A DNA stretch of 64,000 nucleotides from an uncultured Acidobacteriota bacterium (GTDB lineage: Bacteria > Acidobacteriota > Vicinamibacteria > Fen-336). Position numbers and translations under genes: made by a program. The DNA is taken from assembly GCA_963720545.1 (NCBI GenBank), contig OY970399.1:800001-864000 (forward strand), written 5' to 3'. The notes below the pieces were generated by a model. That model saw only the letters and a program-made list of their open reading frames with translations. It did no database searches and was not told where the DNA came from. Shown piece by piece: positions 37,727 to 47,904 of the stretch (position 1 is the stretch's first letter; each line of letters begins with the position of its first letter).

Positions 37727-38608
37727 ATGACGCAACCCCTCGTCGCCTTGCGCAGTATCTTCGTCCCCGTGGATTTCAGTCCGGCATCTGAGGCGGCTAT
37801 TGCTCATGCGAGCCTGGTCGGCAGTGCCTTCGATTCACAACTCACGCTGTTTCACGCCGCCGGGGTCGGGGCCAACGATCTCCTTAGATGGGTCGACGAC
37901 GAACCTGCCGTGGGCGCGCGGATGCGCGCGGCGGCGCGAGCCGAACTGGAGCGTTGTGCGGCTATGCTGGCTCGCCCACCGACCTTGATTCTCGAGTCCG
38001 AACAGCCTGTCGTGCCCCCGCTCGTGGACATCGCCGTGATTCGACAAATTGTGCGGCTGAAGCCCGACCTTGTTGTCATGGCCACTCACGGGCGCAGTGA
38101 CCTCGGCACCTACTTCCTAGGCAGCGTTTGCGAGGAGGTGTTGCGAGCGTCCCGTACGCCGGTGCTGGCCGTTCCGGCCAGAGCCCGCCACGCCGCGACC
38201 TACAAGCGGCTGGTGGTTCCCACAGACTTGTCATGGCCCTCGCGCGCCGCCTTTCCGCTGGCTTGCTCCCTCGCGCGAAAGTTCGACGCCGAACTCGTGC
38301 TTCTACACGTCGCGCGGGATTCGTCACGTTCCGAACCGGACCCGCACAATTTATCGGGTGAGGGTGGGATGGAAACCGCCTTGCGGCGTCTCCTGGAGGA
38401 CTACGACGGCGTGCGCGTGACGCCACGGATTGAAAGAGGCGTCGCATGGGATCGCATCGTCGCAGTGGCAAATGAACTGGAGGCCGACGCGATCATCATG
38501 GCAACCCGTGGTGAGGACAGTTTTGGTGACCGGGTCCTAGGCAGCCAGACGGAGCGAGTGATCCGGAGGGCAGGGTGCGGAGTATTTGCTGTACCTGTGC
38601 TCCATTGA
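37727..38608 (+). CDS. Tandem-domain universal stress protein
   Basis: IFVPVDFS, VMATHGRS..LGSV, MATRG..LGSQTERV; start approximate. Confidence 0.9.
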   Translation: MTQPLVALRSIFVPVDFSPASEAAIAHASLVGSAFDSQLTLFHAAGVGANDLLRWVDDEPAVGARMRAAARAELERCAAMLARPPTLILESEQPVVPPLVDIAVIRQIVRLKPDLVVMATHGRSDLGTYFLGSVCEEVLRASRTPVLAVPARARHAATYKRLVVPTDLSWPSRAAFPLACSLARKFDAELVLLHVARDSSRSEPDPHNLSGEGGMETALRRLLEDYDGVRVTPRIERGVAWDRIVAVANELEADAIIMATRGEDSFGDRVLGSQTERVIRRAGCGVFAVPVLH

Positions 38609-38649
38609 GTCAGGTGACTCCAACGATCGTCTCCAGTGGGATCCAGCCC

Positions 38650-38736
38650 ATGATTGAAGTAACCGAAAAGATCGTTCTCGCCAGGCGCGAGGTCAAGGAG
38701 CGGTTCGTGCGCGCTGCCGGTGCTTGCGTCCCGTGA
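38650..38736 (+). pseudogene. 5' remnant of an ArfB/YaeJ-like ribosome rescue factor
   Basis: MIEVTEKIVLARREVKERFVRAAG then stop; resembles the ArfB N terminus up to just before GGQ. Confidence 0.5.
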
Positions 38737-38760
38737 GAGTGCTGGCCGAAGGGGCTGCCC

Positions 38761-41280
38761 TCAACGCCCGGATCTGGAAGGCAACCATCCAAAGGTCCGA
38801 CGTACGAGCTTCGAACACTCGAGGATGGACACGGTGACCAGGCCCAGTGCGACCGACAGGGCAAAATCCAATGCGGAAAGAGGGCGCGTGCCGAGAAGGC
38901 TTTGGCCAAGGGGGACGTAGTGAAGACCCAGTTGCATAACCCCTGAAACGAGGACCACGCCCAGCAGACGCAGGTTGGTGAATGCACCCACCTCCCAGAA
39001 CAGGCGCGTAGTGCTGCGGGCAGCGAAGACGCGGAACAGCTCCGAGAACACAATCACGGAAAATGCCAGATTCCTGGCCTCATCGAGGCCACGTGATTTG
39101 AGTGCCCAGGCGAAGACGGCGAGCACGACTGCGGCCTCCAGCAGTCCTGTTGCAAGGATAGTCATCCATTGCGACCTACCGAGCATGGCCTCGTCCGGCT
39201 TTCTCGGGGATCGGCTGAGCAGATCGTCCGACGCTGGATCCCCCACCAGGGCCAACGCGGGAAGCCCATCCGTGACCAGGTTGATCCACAAGAGCTGGAG
39301 CGGACGGAGTGGAAAAGGGAGGCCAGCGGCCGAGGCTACTAACATCACGGTCAGTTCGCCGACATTGCCCGACAGCAGATACACCAGCGTCTTCTGGATG
39401 TTGTCGTAGATCCCGCGACCCTCCCGCACAGCGGCCACGATGCTGGCGAAGTTGTCGTCGGTGAGGATCATGTCCGAAGCCTCGCGAGTCACCTCAGTGC
39501 CGCTTCGCCCCATCGCGATGCCGATGTCTGCTTCGCGGAGCGCGGGCGCATCGTTCACGCCATCTCCCGTCATCGCGACCACATCGCCGCGAGCCTTCCA
39601 CGCCCGGACGATGCGCAGCTTGTCCTCCGGAGTTGCCCGTGCGTGGATGACCTCGTTCGGTTGGTCGGCGTGTGTCAGGATGCCCAGCTCCCGACCGATC
39701 GCCGCCGCCGTCACCGGGTGATCGCCGGTGATCATCACCGTCTTGATGCCCGCATTGCGTGCGAGTTCGACGGCAGCGATTGCCTCGGTGCGAGGGGGGT
39801 CGGCGATACCGACGAGTCCCAGGAGAGTGAGGTTTACGTCCCCTGGACCCTCCCCCACGGCAACCGCCAACACGCGGAGACCCCGCCGGGCCATGCTCGC
39901 GTTCGCTTCCACGGCGTTCTGCGTCCCGGTCACGCAGAGGGGTAGGACCACTTCTACGGCTCCTTTTACATAGAGCTTGCCATTGTCACGTCGAATAGCC
40001 ATTCGCTTCGTGGCCGAATCGAATGGCTCGACCGCAATCCGTTTGAGCTCGCTTTCGATGGTTTTGCGATGGATACCGCGCTGCGCGGCTGCCATGAGGA
40101 TAGCAAGCTCGGTAGGATCGCCTGTCCCGGTTCGTTCGTCTGCGCCGAGCTCTGCATCGGAACAGGCAGCGGCAGCGAACAGGATGGCGGCATGATCACC
40201 GCCCCACAGCTCGCGAACCACCATCACACCGGTGGTAAGGGTGCCGGTCTTGTCGGTGCAGATGACCGTAGCGCAGCCGAGAGTTTCCACTGAGGGTAGC
40301 GTCCGGATCAGAACGTGGCGTGAGGCCATGCGCTGGACTCCGACAGCAAGCGCAATCGTTACCACGGCCGCGAGGCCCTCGGGCACAGCAGCTACAGCAA
40401 GGGAAACGGACGACAGAAGGACCTCCATCCGCGGCAGGCCTCTCACAAGACCTACGATCGCCACGAGTACGACGATAGCGAGACACAGGCGGAGGAGGGT
40501 CCTGCCGACGGTCTCCAACCGCCGTTGAAGTGGCGTTGTCTCCTGCTTCACCGTTGCCAAGAGGTGCGCAATCCTGCCCAACTCCGTGCCCATGCCGGTC
40601 CGGATCACTTCGGCGACGCCCGTTCCTGCGTTCACCGAGGTTCCCATGAAGACGCAGTCCGTGCGTTCGGCTAAGTGAGCATCCGCGGCCACTGGAGCGA
40701 CGTGCTTGTGCACCGGTGAACTTTCACCGGTCAGCGGTGCCTCGTTGACTGTCAAGGAATGAGCCGTTCGGAGTCGCGCGTCGGCCGGCACAATATCTCC
40801 CGCTTCCATAAGCAACACGTCACCGACCACAACCTCCGACGCGGGAATTATCTTGGATGCCTCGTCGCGCATCACGCGTGCCCGTGGTGCGGTCATGGAC
40901 CGGAGGGCGTGCACCGCTCGTTCTGCCCGATACTCCTGGAAGAATCCGACGAGCCCGTTCAGCACCACGATGGCGCCGATTGCGACGGCGTCCATCATCT
41001 GTCCCAAGGCTGCCGACACAACACCCGCTCCAAGCAGAAGCCAGAACATGGCGCCCTTGAACTGAGCTGCGAGGATGGCCCATGGGGAGGCTGCTGTTTC
41101 GCGCTGAATCTCGTTATGGCCGTGCTCCGCGAGGCGGCGCTTGGCCTCGTCATTGCTCAGTCCCTTGGGCGGCGCGTTGACTGCGGCGGCGACGGAGTGC
41201 TCGGTCCTCACGAAGCGCCTTCGGTCTTGCTCACCTTCGCACTCGCCGCCGTCGCCACGCATCTCTGCCGAGGCGTGCAT
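38761..41280 (-). CDS. Type II cation-transporting P-type ATPase (Ca2+-type)
   Basis: TGES, VAAVPEGL, DKTGT, TGDGVND, WINLVTDG; start uncertain. Confidence 0.93.
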   Translation of the reverse strand: MHASAEMRGDGGECEGEQDRRRFVRTEHSVAAAVNAPPKGLSNDEAKRRLAEHGHNEIQRETAASPWAILAAQFKGAMFWLLLGAGVVSAALGQMMDAVAIGAIVVLNGLVGFFQEYRAERAVHALRSMTAPRARVMRDEASKIIPASEVVVGDVLLMEAGDIVPADARLRTAHSLTVNEAPLTGESSPVHKHVAPVAADAHLAERTDCVFMGTSVNAGTGVAEVIRTGMGTELGRIAHLLATVKQETTPLQRRLETVGRTLLRLCLAIVVLVAIVGLVRGLPRMEVLLSSVSLAVAAVPEGLAAVVTIALAVGVQRMASRHVLIRTLPSVETLGCATVICTDKTGTLTTGVMVVRELWGGDHAAILFAAAACSDAELGADERTGTGDPTELAILMAAAQRGIHRKTIESELKRIAVEPFDSATKRMAIRRDNGKLYVKGAVEVVLPLCVTGTQNAVEANASMARRGLRVLAVAVGEGPGDVNLTLLGLVGIADPPRTEAIAAVELARNAGIKTVMITGDHPVTAAAIGRELGILTHADQPNEVIHARATPEDKLRIVRAWKARGDVVAMTGDGVNDAPALREADIGIAMGRSGTEVTREASDMILTDDNFASIVAAVREGRGIYDNIQKTLVYLLSGNVGELTVMLVASAAGLPFPLRPLQLLWINLVTDGLPALALVGDPASDDLLSRSPRKPDEAMLGRSQWMTILATGLLEAAVVLAVFAWALKSRGLDEARNLAFSVIVFSELFRVFAARSTTRLFWEVGAFTNLRLLGVVLVSGVMQLGLHYVPLGQSLLGTRPLSALDFALSVALGLVTVSILECSKLVRRTFGWLPSRSGR

Positions 41281-41354
41281 CGCTTGCCGTTACCCCGAAC
41301 CCGTTGAAGGCGAGACAAAAAGCTGACCTCGCGCCCCTGCCCGGTGCTCGTGAT

Positions 41355-42398
41355 CTAGGCGTCGTGTTGAAGCAACACTTTGAGCGCCCGCGTATTTGCG
41401 GCATCCGCGAACGTATCGTACGCCTCCATCGCGCGGAACAATGGGAACGTGTGCGTCGCCAGCTTCTCAGGCTGAAGCTTCCCCGCTTGCACTTGCTTCA
41501 GCAGCATCGGGGTGGTAACCGTATCGACGAGGCGAGTCGTAAGGGTGATATTGCGCGCCCAGAGCCTCTCGAGGTGAAGTGTCACGGGCGCTCCATGGAC
41601 GCCGACGTTGGCGATTCGCCCACCAGGAGCAATGATTGTCTGGCAGGTATCGAAGCTGTCGGGCACGCCAACGGCTTCAACGGCAACATCAACTCCAGCG
41701 CGCGCGGTCAGCTCCATGACCTTCTCCGCCGCCTTGCCATCGGAACCGTTCACGAGGCGCGTTGCGCCCATGGCGCGAGCCACCTGCAGTCGATTGTCAT
41801 CCATGTCCACGACAACGATCTCGGCAGGAGCAAAGAATTGCGCGGTTAGGAGTGTCGCGAGGCCGATAGGACCGGCGCCGATGATCGCCATCGTGTCTCC
41901 TGGATGAACCTGCCCGTTCAGGACACCGCATTCAAAACCCGTCGGAAAGATGTCGCTCAGCATCACAAGCGCCTCGTCTCCGATGCCGGCCGGCGCTCGA
42001 TGAAGGCTGGAGTCGGCGTGAGGGATGCGCACGTACTCGGCGTGAGTTCCATCGATCAGGTGGCCGAGGATCCAGCCCCCCGTCCTACAGTGCGAATACA
42101 TCCCCTTCCTGCAGAAGTCACAGGTTGCGCACGATGTAATGCAGGAGATCAGAACGCGATCGCCCTTTCTAAAGTTCGAAACCCCCGGCCCGGTCTCCTC
42201 GACTACTCCGACGCCCTCGTGCCCAAGGATGCGGCCATCGGCAACCGTGGGGACATCGCCTTTCAGGATATGAAGGTCCGTGCCGCAGATCGTCGCCGTC
42301 GTGATCCGCACGATCGCGTCGGTGGCATCCCGCAGTACTGGTTGCGGCTTGTCCTCCCACGATCGATGAGGAGGCCCGTGATATACGAGCGCCTTCAT
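41355..42398 (-). CDS. Zn-dependent alcohol dehydrogenase family (FDH-like)
   Basis: CGTDLH, GHEG, CATCDFC..C, LSDIFPTG, GAGPIG. Confidence 0.92.
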   Translation of the reverse strand: MKALVYHGPPHRSWEDKPQPVLRDATDAIVRITTATICGTDLHILKGDVPTVADGRILGHEGVGVVEETGPGVSNFRKGDRVLISCITSCATCDFCRKGMYSHCRTGGWILGHLIDGTHAEYVRIPHADSSLHRAPAGIGDEALVMLSDIFPTGFECGVLNGQVHPGDTMAIIGAGPIGLATLLTAQFFAPAEIVVVDMDDNRLQVARAMGATRLVNGSDGKAAEKVMELTARAGVDVAVEAVGVPDSFDTCQTIIAPGGRIANVGVHGAPVTLHLERLWARNITLTTRLVDTVTTPMLLKQVQAGKLQPEKLATHTFPLFRAMEAYDTFADAANTRALKVLLQHDA

Positions 42399-42507
42399 GA
42401 CTGTCGATGAACCCCGGACAAGTGCGGCGTCTTCTGATTTACGTTTGCCATCCTCGTTGTCACATCGGCCTCCTTAGCATCACCTCGGCAGCATCCCCAC
42501 TCGCATG

Positions 42508-43989
42508 TCAGCGACCCGCGGGTGCCGATTTCTGCGGCGGCGCCACGAGCGCGAGCTGCGCCTGTCGAGAAAAGTCAATCGACTCAGCCAGGATCCTTGC
42601 AGCCTCCGCGGGCGCATGAAATCCCATCGAGTTTTCAGCCGCCACGAAATCGAGGCGCCATTGCGCCTTGCGTTGCAGTTCCTGCGCGGCAGCGAGCCGC
42701 TCCGCGGGCACGCCTGCCTTCCTCGCTGCGGCCATCGAGTCGAGCATGTCGACAAGCGCCGCAGCCGAGCGCTGAACCAGCGCCTGCGTGCGCTCCTGGA
42801 TCGCGTCCACGCGCGCTTGCAACTCTGTCTCTGGGTAGGGATGGCACGACTGGCATGCCCGCGCAATGTTCAACAGCGGGCTGCGCACCCAGTGGTCCGC
42901 GACCTTGACCGCGCCCTCGCGCTTATAGGGCATATGGCAGTCGGCGCACGCGACGCCTGAGCGCGCGTGGACACCTTGGCTCCACAGCTCGAACTCTGGA
43001 TGCTGCGCCTTGAGAACCTCTGCCCCCGTTTCGCCATGCGCCCAATCGTAAAAACGATGCCCGTCCGGGAAGTTGAAGCCGTCGTAATGACTCTCGATCT
43101 GCTCCACCTTGAGCCCTTTGGACCATGGGAAGAACAACGTCGTCTTCGGGCCGCAGTAGTATTCGACGTGGCACTGGCCGCAGACGTACGATCGCATCTC
43201 CTGACGGGTGCCGTCGACGTTGGGATCGTAGGCAACCGCGCGAGCGCCCTGACGCCACCGCTCCACGCTCTGCAAGTGCGGAACCGGTTCCGCGCTGGCG
43301 GCCAGCGCCTGTATCCCCCGGATGAAGCCAGGGCGTGTCACCCGCAGGGCCATCGTCTTCGGGTCGTGGCAATCGACGCAGCCCACGGGGTGAGCACCAT
43401 CGGCGTGCTGGAACTGTTGCCCGCTGCCGCCCGCTCCAGGGTTTGATGAGCCAGTCTTCACCAGCTCAGCGTGCGCGTCCCAGTACTTCAGCTTATTGAG
43501 CGCCTCGAAGCCCTTGAACACATCGCCGCCACCAATGCGCCGGTAGGTCGGGATCACTGAGCCGTGACAATGCAGGCATGCTCCCGGCTGTGGGCGCTCG
43601 TTGACGCGCTTCGTGACCTCTTGATCAGCCAACATGAACGCGTGTCCGCGCCGGTCGCGGTAATCAATGGCAAATGCATATCCAGCAAACATCCGCTTGA
43701 GCCACGGGTCACGCTCAATCTTTTCCGCAGGCAGCGCCTCGGATCCTCCAAACTGTGTACGCGTTGTGTCGCTGGTCCTCCGGTATGCGTCATACTCCCG
43801 CGGCCAGTTGGTTCCCCACGGTGCCGCGTCGGTGGTCTCTTCGTTGACCTCCACCAGTCGAACGTATGGGTTTTTTGCCTCCTGCTTGCGCTCGAAGATG
43901 CTCGTTAGCAGCCCGGCCACAAGGAACGCCGCCGCCGCCGAGGCGATGGCCACACCGACGATCGTTAAGCGCCCGCGCAGCACGGTCAC
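42508..43989 (-). CDS. nrfA: Ammonia-forming cytochrome c nitrite reductase
   Basis: Five heme motifs ([29 protein letters not shown]), [19 protein letters not shown]. Confidence 0.93.
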   Translation of the reverse strand: MTVLRGRLTIVGVAIASAAAAFLVAGLLTSIFERKQEAKNPYVRLVEVNEETTDAAPWGTNWPREYDAYRRTSDTTRTQFGGSEALPAEKIERDPWLKRMFAGYAFAIDYRDRRGHAFMLADQEVTKRVNERPQPGACLHCHGSVIPTYRRIGGGDVFKGFEALNKLKYWDAHAELVKTGSSNPGAGGSGQQFQHADGAHPVGCVDCHDPKTMALRVTRPGFIRGIQALAASAEPVPHLQSVERWRQGARAVAYDPNVDGTRQEMRSYVCGQCHVEYYCGPKTTLFFPWSKGLKVEQIESHYDGFNFPDGHRFYDWAHGETGAEVLKAQHPEFELWSQGVHARSGVACADCHMPYKREGAVKVADHWVRSPLLNIARACQSCHPYPETELQARVDAIQERTQALVQRSAAALVDMLDSMAAARKAGVPAERLAAAQELQRKAQWRLDFVAAENSMGFHAPAEAARILAESIDFSRQAQLALVAPPQKSAPAGR

Positions 43990-44456
43990 GATCGGGCTCC
44001 ATGCCCGGCGCCACGATGGCAGTGCACGCACTGAGCTTCGTTGTCACGTTCCCCTCCGCCGCGAACGATCTCGTGAACGAAGTCTTCGTGACAGCGCATA
44101 CAGTTCTCCTGAAGGATCACCGAGTTTCGCGGCTTAATCTGGATCGGTTCGTGAAAGTCAAGGAAGGTGAAGCCCTTCGAATGACGATAGCCATTGTCAG
44201 CCTTCGCCATGTACTTTCGGACGAAGTCGTGCGGCAGGTGGCATTCGACGCACTTAGCAGCCGCGTGATGCGGACCCTGCGACCAGGATTGATACTGATC
44301 GTTCATGATGTGACAGTTTGCGCAGGCGCGAGGATCCGTAGAGAAGTAGCTGAGCCCCTCGCCGTACCGAAAGGTGAACGCACCGAGGCCGGCACCCGCG
44401 CCAACGCAGAGTGCGGTTAACAAGAACGCCACCGGCGCGCGCGAGCCGGGCTTCAT
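43986..44456 (-). CDS. nrfH: Tetraheme membrane-anchored quinol dehydrogenase
   Basis: TM helix then CANCHIM, CVECH, CMRCH, CVHCH; overlaps nrfA start. Confidence 0.93.
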   Translation of the reverse strand: MKPGSRAPVAFLLTALCVGAGAGLGAFTFRYGEGLSYFSTDPRACANCHIMNDQYQSWSQGPHHAAAKCVECHLPHDFVRKYMAKADNGYRHSKGFTFLDFHEPIQIKPRNSVILQENCMRCHEDFVHEIVRGGGERDNEAQCVHCHRGAGHGARS

Positions 44457-44487
44457 CGCGGGAGCAGTCTAGCCGAGCGCGCCACGC

Positions 44488-45450
44488 CTAGAAGGAAAAT
44501 GGCAGGTCAGCCTGCACGATAGCGTAGCCGCGTAACCGCATCGGCGCGTCGAGCGCCCGCGAGTAGGCAAGGCCCGGACGGAACCACCTCTTCCCGATCT
44601 TGAAATGCAGCCGCGGCCCAGCGCCGAATGTCAGCTGCTCGCTCGCACGGGAGTCATTCCGAACTGGCGCGGCGTCGGTAATCCAACGCTGCAGTCGAAT
44701 CTCCGTCCCCAGCGATAGCCGTGGCGAAAGGAAATGTCCCGCATGCACGCCGGCGGTGAAGTTAGTGCGGTGCCCATCCTGTGCTACCGGTCCGCGTACC
44801 CGGTCAAGCTGCAACACGGTCGCCTCCGCCTGCAGCGTGAGTGCTCTCGTCACGCGGCCGATGCTCACTCCGCCAATCAGGGTCCAGTAGTCCACCGCAA
44901 AGAGCGCATTGTCCATTCCGGACCGTGCCGGTACTGCCGCTGCAAGCGCGGCAGCCGCCCCGGCATCCAGCCGGTCGCCGCCCCTGCTGCCGAGGGGAAC
45001 GGTGCTGGCGAGAAAAACAGACACCCGCCAGGCGCCGCGCAGAGGCCGCACATAGTTGATTCCCAGCAACGGGTTCGAGAATGCCGAGCCCCGCGACGCA
45101 AAGGGTGTCGACAAGCTGTGATGCACCCAGGTTTCTCGGAACACGGGCACCCAGCGAGGGCGGAGCCTCCATGTGATAGTCAGACTCGTGACAGCGGTCC
45201 GGGCCATCACAGCCGTGACTGGCATCTGCGAGAAGGCGATGGTCTGGTCGAGACGAACCACACTTGCGGCCGTCATCGGCCGCAGCAACCACGGCAACGA
45301 GTAAGGCGGCGCCGGCGGTGGCGCCGCGTGCACCGATTGCGCGCTGGCCGTCGCAGCCAAGCTCGTCAGACAGATAACCGCAAACGCCACGCGCCTCGGA
45401 TAAGAACACCCTGGTGCCAACCGTTGGGGGCACGTCAATATTGAAAGCAT
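44488..45450 (-). CDS. Hypothetical exported protein, possible outer-membrane beta-barrel
   Basis: Signal-like AATASAQ, alternating beta-strand pattern, terminal aromatic (ADLPFSF). Confidence 0.55.
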   Translation of the reverse strand: MLSILTCPQRLAPGCSYPRRVAFAVICLTSLAATASAQSVHAAPPPAPPYSLPWLLRPMTAASVVRLDQTIAFSQMPVTAVMARTAVTSLTITWRLRPRWVPVFRETWVHHSLSTPFASRGSAFSNPLLGINYVRPLRGAWRVSVFLASTVPLGSRGGDRLDAGAAAALAAAVPARSGMDNALFAVDYWTLIGGVSIGRVTRALTLQAEATVLQLDRVRGPVAQDGHRTNFTAGVHAGHFLSPRLSLGTEIRLQRWITDAAPVRNDSRASEQLTFGAGPRLHFKIGKRWFRPGLAYSRALDAPMRLRGYAIVQADLPFSF

Positions 45451-45465
45451 GGATACACCCTTTTC

Positions 45466-45481
45466 AGCAAGCGCCGTGCCA
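45466..45481 (-). promoter_or_regulatory. sigma54 promoter for the barrel-nrfHA unit
   Basis: Minus strand TGGCAC-GGCGC-TTGCT, full consensus. Confidence 0.8.
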
Positions 45482-45579
45482 CAAGGATCAGATGCTGTCG
45501 TGCCTGCCCTTGCTGCTTAGGTACGCTCCGCTAGCCGGCCTCGTTTCCGCGTAGGATTTGCGTGACATCAGGGCCGCCA

Positions 45580-46308
45580 ATGGTGACTAAACTGCTGAGC
45601 GACGGTCAGCCACGTAAGTACGCAGTAATGGGCCCGTTGGTGGCCCTAGGGGCGCCCGTTGGGCTTGCGGTACTTCGCCTCCTGCTGCGTGGTTCAGCAT
45701 CAGCTCATGAACTGTTTGCCGATGTGGAACGGGATCCGTGGACTTACGGCTACGTGGCGATCGCGACCATGACCGCGTTTGGAGTGTTCGGATGGTTTCA
45801 GGACCGGCAAGCGCGGCTTCTCTACGAAATGGCGATCATCGATGCACTCACGCAGCTGTGCAACCGCCGAGCGTTCGAGGAACAAATGACCCTGGCACTT
45901 GCACGTCGCAAACGCGACGGCTCTTCGCTCAGCCTTGCGTTATTCGATGTCGATGGACTCAAGACGATCAATGACCGCGACGGCCATCGTTGTGGCGATA
46001 GCGTATTGAAGGCGGTGGCGCAAGCCCTTCGTGACGGGTCGAGGGAGGCGGATCTCGTCGCACGCTGGGGTGGCGATGAGTTTGCGATCCTTGCACCGGA
46101 TACCGATCATTCTGAGGCTTTGCAACTGGCCGAGCGCATCCGCACCCTCGTGGCATCCAGTGGCGCGGGCGTCACAGTGTCCGCGGGCGTCGCGACCACT
46201 GCTCCAGGAACTGACAGGGGAGGAGACTTGTTGAGAATCGCCGACGCTGCTCTTTATGTCGCAAAAGCACGCGGACGCAATTGCGTAGAGTCGTCTGCAA
46301 CGTCGTGA
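45580..46308 (+). CDS. Membrane-bound diguanylate cyclase
   Basis: Two TM helices, DALTQLCNRR, INDRDGH, RWGGDEF. Confidence 0.9.
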   Translation: MVTKLLSDGQPRKYAVMGPLVALGAPVGLAVLRLLLRGSASAHELFADVERDPWTYGYVAIATMTAFGVFGWFQDRQARLLYEMAIIDALTQLCNRRAFEEQMTLALARRKRDGSSLSLALFDVDGLKTINDRDGHRCGDSVLKAVAQALRDGSREADLVARWGGDEFAILAPDTDHSEALQLAERIRTLVASSGAGVTVSAGVATTAPGTDRGGDLLRIADAALYVAKARGRNCVESSATS

Positions 46309-46345
46309 TGCCTCGCGCGGTCAACAGCTTGACGCGATCAGCGCA

Positions 46346-47776
46346 ATGAAGAGCACCGAGACACGCGGCGGCCGCATCGTCGTTGTCGACGATGAAACGG
46401 GTGCGGCGTCGGCCCTCGAGACGCTGCTGCGTGGCGACGGTTATGAGGTCTGGAAGGCCACCGACGGAACGTCAGGCTTGGCGTTGGCGGAAGACGTTCG
46501 TCCCGATCTCGTACTCACCGACCTGCGAATGCCAGGACTCGACGGCGTCGAGCTGCTCACCCGCCTCAAGACGACGCAGCCGGACGTGATGATCATCATT
46601 ATGACCGCCTTCGGCACGGTCAAGACCGCGGTGAAGGCGCTGAAGCTCGGCGCCGAGGACTACCTGACGAAGCCGCTCGACATTGAAGAGCTGGAAATCG
46701 TGATCGAGAAGACCCTCACACGCAAGCGCCTGATAGAGGAAGCGCGTGGACTCCGCGAACGGCTCGACACGAAGTACAAGTTCAACAACCTCATCGGCGA
46801 AAGCGCCCAGATGGTCGCGGCTTTCAAGACTATTCGCCAGGTGGCGCCATCAACGGCGTCGGTGCTGTTGCTCGGAGAAAGCGGCACGGGCAAGGAGTTG
46901 TTCGCCCAGGCGCTTCACCAGAACTCGCCGCGCCGTGAGCGGCCGTTCGTAAAGGTAGCGTGTGGCGCGTTGCCCGAGTCTCTTCTTGAAAGCGAACTCT
47001 TCGGGCACGAGAAAGGCTCCTTCACCGGGGCAATCGCCAGCCGCGCAGGCCGCTTCGAGATGGCTGACGGCGGCACGCTGTTCCTGGACGAAATCGGCGA
47101 CATTTCCATGACCGTCCAGGTCAAGCTCTTGCGCTTCCTGGAAGAGCGCGAATTTGAGCGAGTTGGCGGCAATCGGACGCTGAAGGTCGACGTACGCGTG
47201 GTCGCCGCGACGCACCGCGACCTGCAAGTGCGCATCGCGGAGGGCTTGTTCCGTGAAGACCTTTACTACCGGCTCAACGTCGTCGAGATCAACATTCCGC
47301 CGCTGCGGGAACGCGCCGGCGATATCGCGCTTCTGGCCCATGAGTTCACCCAGCGGTTCGCGGTGATCAACGGCAAGAAAGCCTTGCGCCTTTCCGATGA
47401 AGCTCTCGCAGGCTTGCTGCGGCACCCGTGGCGAGGCAACGTGCGGGAACTCGAAAACGCGATCGAACGCGCCGTGGTCTTGAGCGAGGGTGGCGAGATC
47501 GAATTGACCCCCGGACACTTTCCAACGCTGCGCGCCCTCGGTCCCGCAGCGCCCGCCGGCTCCCCCGCCGACAAGTCGCTGCCCATTCCGGGAACTACGC
47601 TGGACGTGCTGGAGCGCGAGGCAATCCTGAGAACCCTCGAAGCCGTGGGCGGCAGCACGTCACGGGCAGCGGAGCTCCTCGACATCAGCCCGCGGAAGAT
47701 TCAGTACAAGTTGAAGGAATACCGCGCGCTCGGCGTTCTCGCCCCGGAGGAGCTCGACCCCAAGCAGGGTTCCTGA
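46346..47776 (+). CDS. sigma54-dependent response regulator (NtrC/AtoC-like)
   Basis: Receiver DLRMP, GESGTGKE, GSFTGA, LFLDE, GNVREL, Fis-type HTH. Confidence 0.95.
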   Translation: MKSTETRGGRIVVVDDETGAASALETLLRGDGYEVWKATDGTSGLALAEDVRPDLVLTDLRMPGLDGVELLTRLKTTQPDVMIIIMTAFGTVKTAVKALKLGAEDYLTKPLDIEELEIVIEKTLTRKRLIEEARGLRERLDTKYKFNNLIGESAQMVAAFKTIRQVAPSTASVLLLGESGTGKELFAQALHQNSPRRERPFVKVACGALPESLLESELFGHEKGSFTGAIASRAGRFEMADGGTLFLDEIGDISMTVQVKLLRFLEEREFERVGGNRTLKVDVRVVAATHRDLQVRIAEGLFREDLYYRLNVVEINIPPLRERAGDIALLAHEFTQRFAVINGKKALRLSDEALAGLLRHPWRGNVRELENAIERAVVLSEGGEIELTPGHFPTLRALGPAAPAGSPADKSLPIPGTTLDVLEREAILRTLEAVGGSTSRAAELLDISPRKIQYKLKEYRALGVLAPEELDPKQGS

Positions 47777-47878
47777 CGCAGAAACTGCGGCTGGCAGTTG
47801 CGCGCCGCGCAACTGCTGCGCGCGGATCCGCCAGTCCGGGGCTTTAGCCGCAAAAACGCGGCTGGCACGTTCCTCGCT
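47777..47878 (+). promoter_or_regulatory. sigma54 promoter with paired upstream sites
   Basis: CGCAGAAACTGCG (47777), CGCAACTGCTGCG (47808), TGGCAC-GTTCC-TCGCT (47863-47878). Confidence 0.75.
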
Positions 47879-47904
47879 GTTGCTCGTGACAACAGGAGCG
47901 ACAC

